This document shows positions 12,400 to 24,900 of a stretch of 64,000 bases of DNA, in pieces. The stretch is from Chromera velia (taxonomy: Eukaryota). The notes under the pieces are model-generated. The model saw only the letters and a program-made list of their open reading frames with translations, was not told the DNA's origin and searched no databases. Numbering within the stretch: position 1 is the stretch's first letter; every line of letters begins with the position of its first letter. Location: positions 1 to 64,000 of the forward strand of contig JAHBMJ010000521.1 in the NCBI GenBank assembly GCA_018398765.1. Direction: 5' to 3'. The translations under genes were made by a program, and so were the position numbers.

Positions 12400-12960
12400 G
12401 TTCGGCCGGCTACATATATATATAGGATCGATCGTTCGAATATATATATGGGATACACCCAACCAGTTGGGTGAGACTCCCCCGGTGAGTGCCTCGGGGG
12501 GCCATTTGGGGGGTCGGCCATAATTTGATTGATGCAAACCATCATGCGGGGCTTAGGCATGTCTTGCCTGCAATGGCAAGTGGCGGGGGCCACGGCAACG
12601 CGTGCAATTTCGGGACCGCGCGTGTGCACAACTGTGCACATACATGGAACTCCGTGCGAGTTACTTGAGGGGCACGTATCCTGAGAAGCGGAGTATAATT
12701 ATATATAATGCGATCGCGGCTCCGTGCGAGTTGCTTGAGGGGCACATTTTGGAATTAGGGCGACACCGTGACAGACAACACCGAAACCCCCCCCCCCAAA
12801 AATGAAAAAATGCGTTATGCGAATGCGTGCGAGCTCAGGGCCTCTCGGCTGATCTCAGCAGAGCTGAGCTGCCCCCCGAGGCGATGCATGCATGTACGTA
12901 CGCGTACGTACGCATGGATGCGATCCGATTATTCGGCTTTGCTCGCGTGTACATGTGTCT
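12400..12960. promoter_or_regulatory. Putative bidirectional promoter
   Basis: Lies between divergent genes. CpG-rich; contains TGCATGCATG near 12885, the palindrome CGTACGCGTACG, and the direct repeat CTCCGTGCGAGTTRCTTGAGGGGCAC at about 12650 and 12720. Confidence 0.5.
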
Positions 12961-13161
12961 GACCTCTAGCTTTGTATATGTATGCTGCTATATCTCGAAG
13001 ATCAGTACGTGGAACCGCCCGCCCGGAAAACACTTCTGCTCTTCGACACCAAAGTCGTTTGGAAACCTACCCTGCTTTTGTGATCGTTGCGCATTCTCCT
13101 GGGTTTCTGCAGGTCTGCTGCTTTAACACTCCAAACAACACCTGTTCGCTGCAGAGAGAAA

Positions 13162-14815
13162 ATGAAGGCTGTTGTTCTCAGCGCTGCTGGCCTCTTTGCC
13201 GTCACAGAGGGTTTCGGAAACTTCAATTTTGATGTCAGTCTTCTGCATGTTGCATCTCACTGACTCTCGGCCTGGGGTCTTCGCCAAGGCGCACAAGAAG
13301 TTCCAAGAATGAAAACAACGGACTGTTTGTTTTTGTTTTTGTTCCTCTCGCAGGGGTTGTTGTTTGCTCTTCTCCCCTCCCCGATTTCTGGCTTTCCCTT
13401 TCCCCTTCCCCGAATGATTCATCCCTCACTCCCACTGAACTGCTCACGCAGACACTTGCAAAGACTCTGGTTACTCGTTTGACTCTTTTGCCTTCCTGCT
13501 GTTCAACTATTCGGATCTGCTGACCGAGCTAAAGAAAGACTGCTTACACAATACTGCCCACTATTCCAACTTGAACGACCCTGCCTTGACTCGGTTGCCT
13601 CTGAGCTTCATACTGATATGGAGAGAGCTCTATTGTCTTGTGCATATATTACATACGCCTGCTTGCATGCTTACTTGCAGCTCCTCGGCAGGGATAAGAA
13701 TGAGACTGACAAGAAGTTTGACCTTGATGGGTTGAAGTTTGGGTCCGGGGACGGCCTCAAGTTCGAAGGGTTCTCTGGCCTCTTTGGTGGTGACAAGAAG
13801 AACTCGACGGGGGGGCTCTTTGACAAGGACAAGGAGTCAAAGACAGGCAAGGCCGATACCGTCTGCCGTCTCTCGGTGGCTGATTGCGGTCTCGACCTCA
13901 CCCAGTTCACTTCTCTTGTGAACACAACCATCACCGGAGGAGCACAGCCTGCAGATGCCTCTTATATATTCGATCTGACCGTTGAGGCTTGCCCCGTCTT
14001 TCAGGAGTACTTCGAAGCCTTTTACTACACACTTGTGGGGAACCAAGTGGAGGAGGGCACTACCAAGGCTCTTGTTGAACAGGGAGGCTTCGATAGATCC
14101 ATCTCCAAGACCACCAGCGCAAATCAGGAGTATTGCGCACAGGTGATCGGACAACCCGTCTCTGATTCTGGTGACATGTTCGGTTTTGCTGCCAGCACTA
14201 ATGATGTCCTGAAGGACTTCGATGCTGCCATTGTAGATGGAAACGCAACCTTCACCTTCACTCTCCAGGATTGCCCCGACAACGTTGACGAAATGGACAT
14301 CGACGTCGAGGCTTTCTGCGTTAACTATGACTCTCAGGTCAGTAACCAAGATTCCCTCTTAGCAGAAGGTACTGACGCACGCAAGGACAGCTCTGGGTAG
14401 CAGATTTTGCATGTTTGTACGTTACCGCTTCTCTGTTCACTAGGACTACTTTAGTTCCTGAAGAGAAACAGGTTCTTCATCACCCTTCTCTATTCTTTTT
14501 GTTCGTTCTGTCTCCATTCATGAATGAATCTAGATATGTAGCGGCCAATCCTGCCTGCATCCTGTATCCTGCCTGCAGGTGGGGAACCAGCTTTCGTTCC
14601 TCACCAGCCTCACTGAGGTCGCAGATCCTGTCGTCACCTTCGAGCAGGACCCCCACGGAGAAACTTACAAGACCAAGACTGTGGATGCAGTCGTGGGTGT
14701 CAACTTTGACGCCACTGCTCTGTGCCCCCTTCCCACCACAGCGTTCGTCGTCGTGAAGGGCTGCTGCGGCATTGCGGCACAGCTCTTGGTGGTGGATGCC
14801 GTGTTCGTGCTGTGA
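13162..14815 (+). CDS. Secreted acidic protein with an internally duplicated Cys-containing domain
   Basis: Signal-peptide-like start MKAVVLSAAGLFAVTEG at 13162. Main exon 13681-14337 and last exon 14579-14815 join at phase 0 (CAG|gtcagt...ctgcag|GTG). Small exons between 13210 and 13680 are unresolved. Confidence 0.75.
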
Positions 14816-16876
14816 GGGAAGCAAGTAAACGGACAAAAAGAACGGACAGCAAGCGCCACAGAGAGAAGTGAAGTGGTGTTTCTCTGAGCAAATGGAACGC
14901 ACAAAGTCCTCATACAGAGCCTGTCTAACTGGCAGGCCGAGAGCGCTGTGTTCTTAGCTGCGCCCACCTTGTTTCTCCCACTGTCTGTCTGTCGACGTGT
15001 CTTCCTCTCCCCCCGTTGTGACATCATGCACTGTGTGTACATGCATCATGCATTGATTGATTGTGGCGATTCTCAATTGCGTGTAAGTGACATATCTCCT
15101 TCTGCATGTATCGAGCCTCCCTCCATTCCTGCCTGCCTGCGTGCCCTCCTCATCCATCGCAAGCTGCATGCTCATGCATCCATTTGCGTAACACGCACGG
15201 TCCGTGATCGATCGATCGATCTGATTAGTTGAGGCCGGGTGGGTGTCATTCCCCGATACCGGGGGGAGAGAGAGGTCATCTTCTCAATGCATGCATGTAT
15301 GCATGGGGGAACAAGAGGACATGAGATGTGCTTGACCTGCATGCCAACATTCATTCGTTCACCTATTAATCGACTCACAGACATCCATTTGTCTCGGCAT
15401 CAATATGCTTCGTGTATTCGCGCGAGCATGTGAGAAGAGAAAGGCGACTGACGGACAGTAGGGGTCGGATCCAGTACAGGAGTCAGTTGGTCGGTTGGTC
15501 GGCTTTTTCACTGCATGATGTCCTTCTGTCAGTGTTTGTGTGTCCGTCGGTCAGTGTTTGTGTGTCCGTCGGATTATCATACTCGTTCTTCATCAATTCG
15601 GTTGACCAGTCCGAAGCCTTAATTGAAAAACTCAAATGGAGACTCAATGACGTCATCCGTCACACCTCGCTGGTTTTTATAAATATGCATGATCGCAATT
15701 GACTTGCTTGTTTTCCATGCTTCATTTGACATGATGCCCAAAGGGAGCCTTTCGATCCTTCGCTCTCGACTCGCACTGGTCTCTTTCTCTCTGTCAATCA
15801 GAGCGGAGGAAAGAGAACGTCTAGCTGGCCGGTCTCGGTCTGCAGCTGGTCGGTCGACTGAACGAACGAGTGATCGATTGGTCATGCGAATTAATTAAAT
15901 CAGGTACGTTGCTTTCAAATGAAACGTACGCCAAGCATGAGAACCTATTTCAAGTTCATATTGCGATATGAGCTGAATTGGGGATCAGTCTTGTGCATCG
16001 TGCAAATTCATGTTGCTTTGTCACATATGACTGGCATTGACTGCAGGTCATGCAATATCGCTCAGCTTTTCGAGTTTACCGGATCGGTGCAGTTAGTGCA
16101 CTGCATGCATAGTAATTTAACCACCTCACCAGCCACCTCAATCAACGAGTCACCAATCAATTCTTGTATAATTCTTCTAAACTTGGGTATAGAAACCCAG
16201 TTTTTCTATTTTTAATTGAAATCTGAAGTCAAAGAATTATATAGTGACCATGCATGTTTCATTTGATTATATTTGATTTGATTTGATTTGAGCAGCTGAG
16301 TTTCAAGCTGAAATATTTAATGTGATTGAGGTAAGATAATAAAACTCGGATAATCCTAGGATTTAGCCTTCTAGCTAACCTTTTTTTATTCAATGATATC
16401 TAGAATGATATTATTATTTTTTTTGGCTAAGCCGCTTAGTCTAAGTGACGTAGTGAAACGCTTTAAATAGAGTCTTTAATAGACTCAAATATTGATCTAG
16501 CTATTGTTACAATAGTGACCATACCTAGGACCATACGATATTCATAAGTTGAATCATAAAAATATTTGTCAACATTGATACAATAAACATCTTTACAGGA
16601 TACTCTAGTAGCCCACTAGCTTTTTAACATTAATTTATTAAAGCGAAAAGTTAGATTGAATTCTGGCTAGAATTAAGTAACACATACACCAAGCTAGCTG
16701 AAACGTTCTGTGCAATGAAAACAAACTTGAAGCCAAATGCTAGGCCAAATGTTGATGTACGTTTATATTAATAGTTAGCTAGCTTTGATATTGAGCGTAT
16801 AAACTTAAAAGTGATTGACTTAATTTTAAGCAGTACACCTAGCAATATACTCCAAACATTGAGCCTTAATTTACAC

Positions 16877-19800
16877 TTAACAGTTTTCCAATGCGGAGTC
16901 AACGGCTGACAGCATCAATCCCAGCACTGATTTCTCAAAACGGGCAGCAAAATTCCTTCCCAAGCCTCCCGAATCAAATCTGTTCACATGTTCTCTTTCA
17001 CAATTCCTCCCAGCCGACGCTGAACCGTCTTTGGACAGACAACCCTCCTGCTGGTGCACTAAAGACCTTTGACTTTCCGTTTCACAAGTTGTCACACATG
17101 GAGGAGATACAGTCCCGGCACAGCTAGGGGACTTGCGAACCCTTCTCCTCTCGCTTTGACCTTCAAGGGGCCTCTCAGCACTGTCTTCTTTTCCCCTGAA
17201 GAGGCCCAGACTGCTGGGACGGTCTCTTGATTCAATCGAGGAAGACAGACTCCCCTGCACTCTCAGACTGACAGAAGAAGCATCACGAGAGCTGGAACTG
17301 TCAGACTTGCGAGTGGAACCCCCCCCCCTGCCCCCACAACCAGACTGCACCCCCCTCAAACAATGCGACTGCCCCCTCTCCGTCTCCCTCTCCCGACCAC
17401 CGACCATAACAAACTCCCCAGCAGCAGCAGCCCTCAGGTCACCCACCGGGGCCCCTCCATGGAGACCTCCGGAGTCCCCGCCGGTGTTCGCTGACTGTTC
17501 CCTCCTTGGCGGCAAATTTCCAATCGACCTCCCCCCTCTTTCTTCCCTCTCTGTGACGGGCAGAATCTCAGAGGCAAGCTGGTTGGCGTCCCTGTGCGAT
17601 CTTGTTGGAGCAGCAGGAGAGAAGGAGACGGATAGAGCGCCCCCCCGGAGACCTAGAGACCCGACAAGGTCTAAAAGGCCCTGGAGGGCTTCCGTGCGGC
17701 CTCGGAAGGGGTTCGTTTGATTCGGGGGACACTGCACTTTGCTAGAAGGAAGGGTGGAGGACGAATCCTGATCAGCAGACGCACTCGGGGGGGCGTTTCG
17801 TCGCTTGGATGAGGAGCGAGTGGGACGGAGAGAATGCCTCGAAGGTCTTCGGAGCCTTGGGGTGAATCTGGGAGGAGAGGGGGAGGGAGAGGGACTGGCG
17901 GCCTTCCGCTGCGATGTTTGGGGCAGAGGACGGTATCTTGCGGAGGATTTAATGGATGAGTGCCTCGGAACAGAGACCTTCAGAGTGGGTCCCTGTTGGA
18001 CATGTTTGTCTTCGTTTGTCGGTTTTTGAGAGGCGATGGACGGTGTGACGTTGGGAGTCGAAGAATGATTGTGACGTTGTTGCGAAGTGACTCGACTGTC
18101 GGGAGAAAGATTGGGCATCTGCTGTGTTGCTGTGGGAAGCTCAGTGTGGTGAGAGATTGGCTCTGAGGATCTCAGTGAAATTTCATTCGAATGAGATCCT
18201 GGTGGAAGGGCAACAGGGGACTCTGAGGGTGAGGGGGGGTCTGTATGATTGTCAGTCAAACTCAAAAGGAGGTCTCTCTGTGCATTCACAGACGGAAACG
18301 AATGGGAAGAAGTGACACCATGATCTGTCTGAGGTTTCCATTCTTCTTCGTTCTGAAGGACACCCCCCTCAGGCTCTCCCTGCTCTTCTTGCACACCCAT
18401 ACTTTTGACCTGTCTGCCCCGCATCTCCACCCCCTCCCCTGCTGAGACAGTGCTGGGCCCGAGGTCCTGTAAGGGAATGTCGGGGTCCTCTGTCGGACTC
18501 CCCACTCCGATCATCATTGAGGGGGAGGGATCCTCAACTGCTCTATTAATAGCGATGGGGGGGGTGGGAGGGACACAGAGGGGCTTCCGTTGAGGGGTAG
18601 AATGGGACAGGCAGGGAGCAGTGGAGTGAGAGGAGACGGGAACTGGAGGTGGCTCTGCTGTCGGGATATGGGGCAGTTGGGTCTCTGCTGCGGTTTCCGT
18701 TGAAGAAAGAAGAGGGAACACCTTCTTGACCTCTTCTTCAACTTGAAGAGAAGGAGGGAAGGGGGAGACGGAGCCTGAGAAGGGAGGGGACTCGAGTCTT
18801 CTGCTGCTTTTACTAGTCTCAATCTCTTTCTTTTTCTCCCACTCTCCCTCGTCCCTTCTACTTAACAAAAACTCCCGTCCCCCCTCTAGGAACTCCTCCA
18901 AAATCCTATCCTCCTCACTCAAATTCTTCAAAAGAGTTCCGTTCGAAACACCAACTTCAGCTTTGCTTTTCTTGACAAATGCCCTTTCAAAACTCTCCTC
19001 CTCGCCGCCCCCATTTCTCTTATTCTCTTCGGCATCCTGGTTCTCTATATATACTCGATACGCAAGGGGGCGAGCCAGGAAAGACGAAAAGCTTTGTTCC
19101 TCGATCTCTACCCCTCTTCCTGCTGCACCGCCTGATCCCTCTGCAACAATATTTGTTCGACAAGCCTGTCTCATCTCTGCAAAAGAACTCAAGGACACAT
19201 CAGGGGAACGAGAAGAAGAAGAAGAAAGCGCTACGTGGTCTGGAACAGCACGATGATCAGACAAAAGATCACGCCGATTCTCCCACCATGAGCCGGCCTC
19301 TCTCTGCATGGGCTTTCCCTGCACACAACTCGCGGCCGTACCACCGTCTGACTCATTCCCCCCAAGCCAGTCAGACTTCCCAACAAACCGAACCTGGCCT
19401 TTCTTTCCTCTTCCGTCATGCAAAGGGGTACAAAGCTCTGAGGAAGAGAACTTTGAAGTCTTCGCAACTCCCATTCCCATTCTGACATTTCCCCCTTCCC
19501 TACCCTCTGACAGACACAAAGTCTCCTTCCTGGGCGTAAAGGGACTGGCAGTGCCCCTGAGGGACAAACAACACCCCGAGAAATCGTCTGTTAGCGTCTC
19601 TGTCTCCGTTTCTGCGGTGCTCCTTCGACTCACCGGAACGCGCTCATTCTCTTGAAACTCTGCTGTATGATTGACAGCAATATACGCAGCCGTTTGAGTT
19701 AAAAGAGGAGAACCATACCCCGACTCTGCTGCCTCTGAAGGTTTCAAACGATGATGGATAGTCTGAAGAGGCTTTCCATCAGGGCAACTCTCGTGACCAT

Positions 19801-20773
19801 GTACTTCAACCGAATCCTCTGATGGGCCCCTTTCCACATTTCCTGTCCGCACACGAGAAGGGCGGGAGCTCTGGAGGCGGTGCTTCAACTTCTCGGGGAG
19901 CCAGAGGGAGAGGGGCACTGCAATTTCACTCGCAGGCGGCGCGGGGACGGGGGGACAGGGGAGGACGGTCCCGCGATTATCTCTCTCCCCCACCTCGTGG
20001 TTATTCTCAAAGCAACACTCAGAGTCCAGTCTTAAATCCTTCTGTTTGGCTTCACGGGATGCTGCGCTTGCTCGATGTAAAGAATGCTGCGGGACGCAAC
20101 CTCTCATAGTGTTGTGTGACACACCAGCACGAGAGTGTACGCGGGGCACGGGGGGATCGGGGGGAATGGACACACCTTTCCAGCACGGTGCTTTGAAGTA
20201 TGTATTTTGGCGGCCTCTGCCACTCATGGCCTCGGCCAGACTCACTGGAGTCTCCGCATTACTGCGTTTGGGCGGCAGGGAGTCTGAGGAAACAACGGAG
20301 AGAGGTAAGGGAACGGAATTGATTTGAGTGTTTTGGGACTTGGGGCCGAAAGATGGACTGGACAATTGGAATGGAATTGGGTCGCTATTTTCTGCTGCAC
20401 GGAATGCACAGGACCACTCTGCCGAGAAGGAGATGACGCTTTCAGGAGGAGAGCCTTCGCATGACAGGATTTGAACGTCCTCCTCTTCTTTGGATCTGTT
20501 GTCTGTACAGGGGACTGCAGAGACAAGAGGCCAAGCTTTAGATCCCTCCCGCTCCACATGAAAACGCGATTTCTCGGTCTGTCCTTTGGAATTCTCTTCT
20601 CGGGTATGGTGGTGACGGTGGAAGGGGGATCTCTGCAACACATTTCTGTCAGTTGAAGTTTTGCTGTCTCTGTTGTACAACACGTTGGTAGACGGAGCGG
20701 ACAGTCCCATCACGTGCACGTCTTCAGTGCAGGAGGAAATGCAGTAAAGAAGGTTCTGATCAGGCAGCATCAT
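16877..20773 (-). CDS. Large intronless low-complexity hypothetical protein (1298 aa, likely disordered)
   Basis: 3.9-kb uninterrupted ORF rich in S/P/E/G/R with no recognisable domain. It ends at an AT-rich island and starts near a TGCATGCA-rich region. Confidence 0.7.
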   Translation of the reverse strand: MMLPDQNLLYCISSCTEDVHVMGLSAPSTNVLYNRDSKTSTDRNVLQRSPFHRHHHTREENSKGQTEKSRFHVEREGSKAWPLVSAVPCTDNRSKEEEDVQILSCEGSPPESVISFSAEWSCAFRAAENSDPIPFQLSSPSFGPKSQNTQINSVPLPLSVVSSDSLPPKRSNAETPVSLAEAMSGRGRQNTYFKAPCWKGVSIPPDPPVPRVHSRAGVSHNTMRGCVPQHSLHRASAASREAKQKDLRLDSECCFENNHEVGERDNRGTVLPCPPVPAPPASEIAVPLSLWLPEKLKHRLQSSRPSRVRTGNVERGPSEDSVEVHGHESCPDGKPLQTIHHRLKPSEAAESGYGSPLLTQTAAYIAVNHTAEFQENERVPVSRRSTAETETETLTDDFSGCCLSLRGTASPFTPRKETLCLSEGREGGNVRMGMGVAKTSKFSSSELCTPLHDGRGKKGQVRFVGKSDWLGGNESDGGTAASCVQGKPMQREAGSWWENRRDLLSDHRAVPDHVALSSSSSRSPDVSLSSFAEMRQACRTNIVAEGSGGAAGRGVEIEEQSFSSFLARPLAYRVYIENQDAEENKRNGGGEEESFERAFVKKSKAEVGVSNGTLLKNLSEEDRILEEFLEGGREFLLSRRDEGEWEKKKEIETSKSSRRLESPPFSGSVSPFPPSLQVEEEVKKVFPLLSSTETAAETQLPHIPTAEPPPVPVSSHSTAPCLSHSTPQRKPLCVPPTPPIAINRAVEDPSPSMMIGVGSPTEDPDIPLQDLGPSTVSAGEGVEMRGRQVKSMGVQEEQGEPEGGVLQNEEEWKPQTDHGVTSSHSFPSVNAQRDLLLSLTDNHTDPPSPSESPVALPPGSHSNEISLRSSEPISHHTELPTATQQMPNLSPDSRVTSQQRHNHSSTPNVTPSIASQKPTNEDKHVQQGPTLKVSVPRHSSIKSSARYRPLPQTSQRKAASPSPSPSPPRFTPRLRRPSRHSLRPTRSSSKRRNAPPSASADQDSSSTLPSSKVQCPPNQTNPFRGRTEALQGLLDLVGSLGLRGGALSVSFSPAAPTRSHRDANQLASEILPVTEREERGGRSIGNLPPRREQSANTGGDSGGLHGGAPVGDLRAAAAGEFVMVGGRERETERGQSHCLRGVQSGCGGRGGGSTRKSDSSSSRDASSVSLRVQGSLSSSIESRDRPSSLGLFRGKEDSAERPLEGQSERRRVRKSPSCAGTVSPPCVTTCETESQRSLVHQQEGCLSKDGSASAGRNCEREHVNRFDSGGLGRNFAARFEKSVLGLMLSAVDSALENC

Positions 20774-20959
20774 TGGTCCTTTTTTGGCGACGTACGCGGA
20801 ATGGAACGAAGCGGACAGCGAGGGTCGCCCGAATGTTGAGTATCTATGTATTAGAGTGAAATTCTGTCAAAGCAACTGTTGCACATGACAGATTGACCTT
20901 GGCCGATCGGCTCTCCAACGTGAGCTGTCCTTATCTTCGATGGCTTTCTGTTGAAGTGC

Positions 20960-21330
20960 TACATATGTGCAAGCCAGATATATATACATGATTGTTTGTG
21001 ATTGCAGCACGCTCACTGCTCAGCTATATATATATATATAGCTGGATGGAACTTGGCAAGGCCCAGAGCTGCAAACTGACTGCATAACATACAATGATAA
21101 CAGATGCAACAATGCGCGCAAACATGCAATCACTTTGAAACAAACTTGTATCGATTTCATACGTGCATGCAGCGTACGCATGCAACAGTGCATGCAACAG
21201 TGCATGCAACACTATATATATATATATATATATGTAAATACAGCTCGTGCAACACAGTATATATAGATAGATCGAACATTGAATTTAATAATTAAATCGA
21301 ACCTGCACGGATCAAACTATTCATCCTAGC
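20960..21330. promoter_or_regulatory. Putative bidirectional promoter
   Basis: Tandem ATGCAACAGTGC units create repeated TGCATGCA at 21165-21210, flanked by (TA)n tracts, between divergent ORFs. Confidence 0.5.
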
Positions 21331-21447
21331 TGCGTGTGTGTAGATCGCGATTCAGATGTCCAGGTCTTTCGCAGCTTGATGTACCAAGGAGAAACAGAGA
21401 ATCTCTGATTTCCCTAGCTGATCCATCAAAGCCGGCGCGGCCATTGC

Positions 21448-21954
21448 ATGCAGCAAAGGCGCGTCAGGATGGCAGAGGACAACCGCTACCGAAAGGTGGT
21501 GGCTCGGGAGTGTAAGCTCGGAGCTGACGGAACGTGGAAAGTGAAGCCAAACGGAAGAGAGATTGAGTTTGCCTCGCCGGCTGTCGCACTTTGGGTTCTT
21601 TCGCCCGAGTCCCTCGTGACTCATGAAGCACACACCAGCGACAGATACCTCAGACAGCGTGCCGATGAAGGAGTGGTCGTCGCCCCAAGAGCGCTCAAGA
21701 GCCTCTTGCTGCTCCAAGCACCACTGGCACCTCCACTCAAAAGATGTGACGAGAGGAGAGCAGGATGCTTCGCCACCAGTTGTGCACAGGAACTGGACCA
21801 TGCCCATTGGTTGCAAGATGCTGTGACTCCTTTTTATCACGCTGGCTGTCCGGCTTTGTTACTGGATGGCACAGCAGACGGACGCAAAGATCTCGGCAGT
21901 CAGTTTTTGCAGCTTGAAGCTCCCGGGCCGCCTTCTTCGTTCCCGTGCCGCTGA
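21448..21954 (+). CDS. Hypothetical protein (168 aa; the start may be ATG 21469)
   Basis: ORF with protein-like composition just downstream of the promoter-like region. No recognisable domain. Confidence 0.35.
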   Translation: MQQRRVRMAEDNRYRKVVARECKLGADGTWKVKPNGREIEFASPAVALWVLSPESLVTHEAHTSDRYLRQRADEGVVVAPRALKSLLLLQAPLAPPLKRCDERRAGCFATSCAQELDHAHWLQDAVTPFYHAGCPALLLDGTADGRKDLGSQFLQLEAPGPPSSFPCR

Positions 21955-24900
21955 TCATCCCTCCGAACTGGCGCCTTCCCGCCCCTGTTCCTCCGCTACC
22001 CTTGGCGGGAGAACCCCTCCCTGACACACTGGAGGGGAGACTCTTTTGCCCTCTCTGTACCCGCGAGAGAAGGGGGTGGGAATGAAGAGCACCTCAATAA
22101 GTGCGCTCAAGAGGAAGAACGGTGTTGGTAGGGATTGGTTGCTAGGTGGGTTGTTGGACCTCACTCATTTCTTTTTGTTATTCTCTCAGACTGTTCTTTT
22201 ACGAAAAGGTCTGATCAGAGAAGGACGGAATGAGCCTGGAGACACTTCGCAGCGATGCGTGGGAGGGAAAGGAAGCGATAAGAATAGGAGGGGGGACAGG
22301 TAGCGAGGCAACTGACGTTCCGTCTCAATTCTGTACAACCAGAAACGAACGTCTCCCTTTCTTGAATTTCCTTTCCACTTTGGGTTTCCCTTCACCCATT
22401 CTCCTGTCTTCTCGGCATGTATTCCAGATGTTGTCTTTTTTGTATCCCTTTATTGTACTCTCTTGTCAGATATCTTTTGTTTTGTCCTCACTGTCTTTGC
22501 CATAAAGACAGAAAAGGAAAGGATGTGAGATGCTGGAGCTTCTTACAGCCACGCGGCAGCATCAACTGTCTACAAATCATTTTTCCTCCCAAGAACCACA
22601 AAGAGTTAGAAGCTCATATTAAACGTGCTAAGATCGAGATCAATAGTTGGTAATGAGATTAGATAATGACTCAGCTTGACTGTTGAGCGTTGTGAACTTC
22701 TAATCTTTTTTTTCTCATTTTTTTCTAGAACTTTTTATAGTTCTACAAAAAAAATATCATTATCATCATCATACGTCTGACGTCCGTCCATTTCTGAATT
22801 TCCACTAACTTCCAGCATTAAACATAGGTCAGTCAGTGTCAATTAAAGACTCAATTTTTAATCTAGTCTAGGCATCCGCTAAAGAAAAAAAAAAAAGATC
22901 CCCCAAAACCCTTTACTTTTTTTCTTTTTCTTTTTCAGTCAAACACTGGCAACTGTTGTTCCAGTGTTGCACAAGTGTTGTTCATGTGTTGCACAACTGT
23001 TGTTAAGTGTTGTTCAGGGCCAAAAAGTAAAAAAGAAAAAAAAAAAAGATCTCCTCCGATCACTTATTTTTTTTCTTTAATCGACGCCTAGAAACTAGTT
23101 TTTGATACATTCTTTGTGTATACTTAATAGGGGTACACTTTTAAAGGAAATGATAAGTCAAAACTTTGTAACTTGATCTTAGTGAAAATTAGGCTGTACG
23201 TACGTTTGTCAGAGCATATTGATATACATGTATCTAGCTGGATGTCATCGCGATCTGAAAATGCTTGCACATGCACACGAGAGCCTTCGACCTCCGGGTC
23301 ACCTCATGGTCACCTCCCTTTGGACCTTCCTTTGTTTCTAACACTCTCACCAGCAACGGGTGGCATTGGGTGCAAAGCTGCTCTAGAAGCTGCAGCTTGC
23401 GCATGCATGCAGTGATGATCGATGCGCGTGTAATGCCCCTCTCATGGTGAGTACCCTGCCTGCATTCGTCTACATCTGTGCGGCTGAGACGGTACTGTGC
23501 AGGGCCCCTCCATGTGCTTGAAGGATCTCTGTGGCATGCATGCAACCGGAGTCCTTCCTGCAGCTGGCCGGTCCATTGGAGGAGGGATTCCTGAAGGAAG
23601 CCCTTGCGGGATCTAGAGGAAACAGTGGAAGGAAACGAGAACGAAGAGGCCGGCCGATCGAGGCACTACCGGTCGACTTTGGACCGGCACGATGAAAATG
23701 GAACAATCAACGACAGCTTCCATGGCTGATCGAGTGAAGAACAAATGGATTAATTCCCCTTGGAGGATTCATTCATTCATTCATGCAGCCGTCTGTACGT
23801 CCTCTCTACTCGCCCGCTTCTTTCCCCACTCCAATCAACTCTTAATTCTGCTCATGCAGTTTGATTTTTGTGGTTCGTGATCGTCGACGCCGGATTGGAG
23901 AGAGAAGAACGAATTGAACAAACGGTTCCCTCCACGGACAAATTAAACGAAAAAGAAGAAAGAACAAAGGAAAGAAGAGGAGATGTGAATGGATGGAGGG
24001 AGCTTCACTTTTGCTCGATCGACTGGGTAACCATGCAGTGATGAGGGCTTGCCGTCCGACTCTTTCCACTCCTTCGTTCATCGATTGACATTCATCGATT
24101 CACCTATTTATTCATTCGATCGGCCTGCTTCCCTTCTGAGGACTTCTCCATGTCTTCGGAGCAGTTCAGGGACAAAAATTCTTACTCGATCCCTCCCCTC
24201 TTTTTTGTATGCGCACTTGTTTGGAAGCACCTGGAAGGAACCAAACACCAACGTCTTTTGCTCTCTCTCTCTCTCTCTCACGCACACAAATACACGAAGG
24301 CACGCACATGAACATGCAGCGGAAAGAGGAAAGGAGCAAGAAGAATAGTTAGTGAGGGGGAAATGAATTAAGAAGGCCTGTACGTCGAGCATCATCGAAA
24401 GGACGGCCAAACCAATGCCCACCAGAGGGAACCGGAAGAGAAGAGAACAGAAGAGAAGCGCCCGGCGTTTCTCCTCTCTTCTCCATCCATCCATCCATCC
24501 ATCCACCACCCTGTAGTGTGTGATGGAAAGATAGGGAGGAAGGGAAGAAGGGAGGGAGAGGAGACACTCCCTCCCCTCCCCCTCCCTCCAAAGGGACACG
24601 AGAAGAGGATCGAGAGGGATTCTCTCTTCTCTCGAGTGACGGAATTTTGAGGGAAGGAACGAAGGTGCGAAGCAGGAAGCTCAACGGTGCATGCGGGCAG
24701 GCGGCGTGTGCAAGCTTGCCGTGAAATTATTTATTTGTTCAACACAAGAAAGGCATGAACAAACACACGGGGATCACAGTCAGTGATCACCGACATGCAA
24801 GACGTGGACGTGAAGCACTGTTCGAGTCATTCATTCGTTCACTGACTCATTCAAATGCATTCATTCGGTGAACTAATTGTTCGTTCACCTGGCTGTACAG

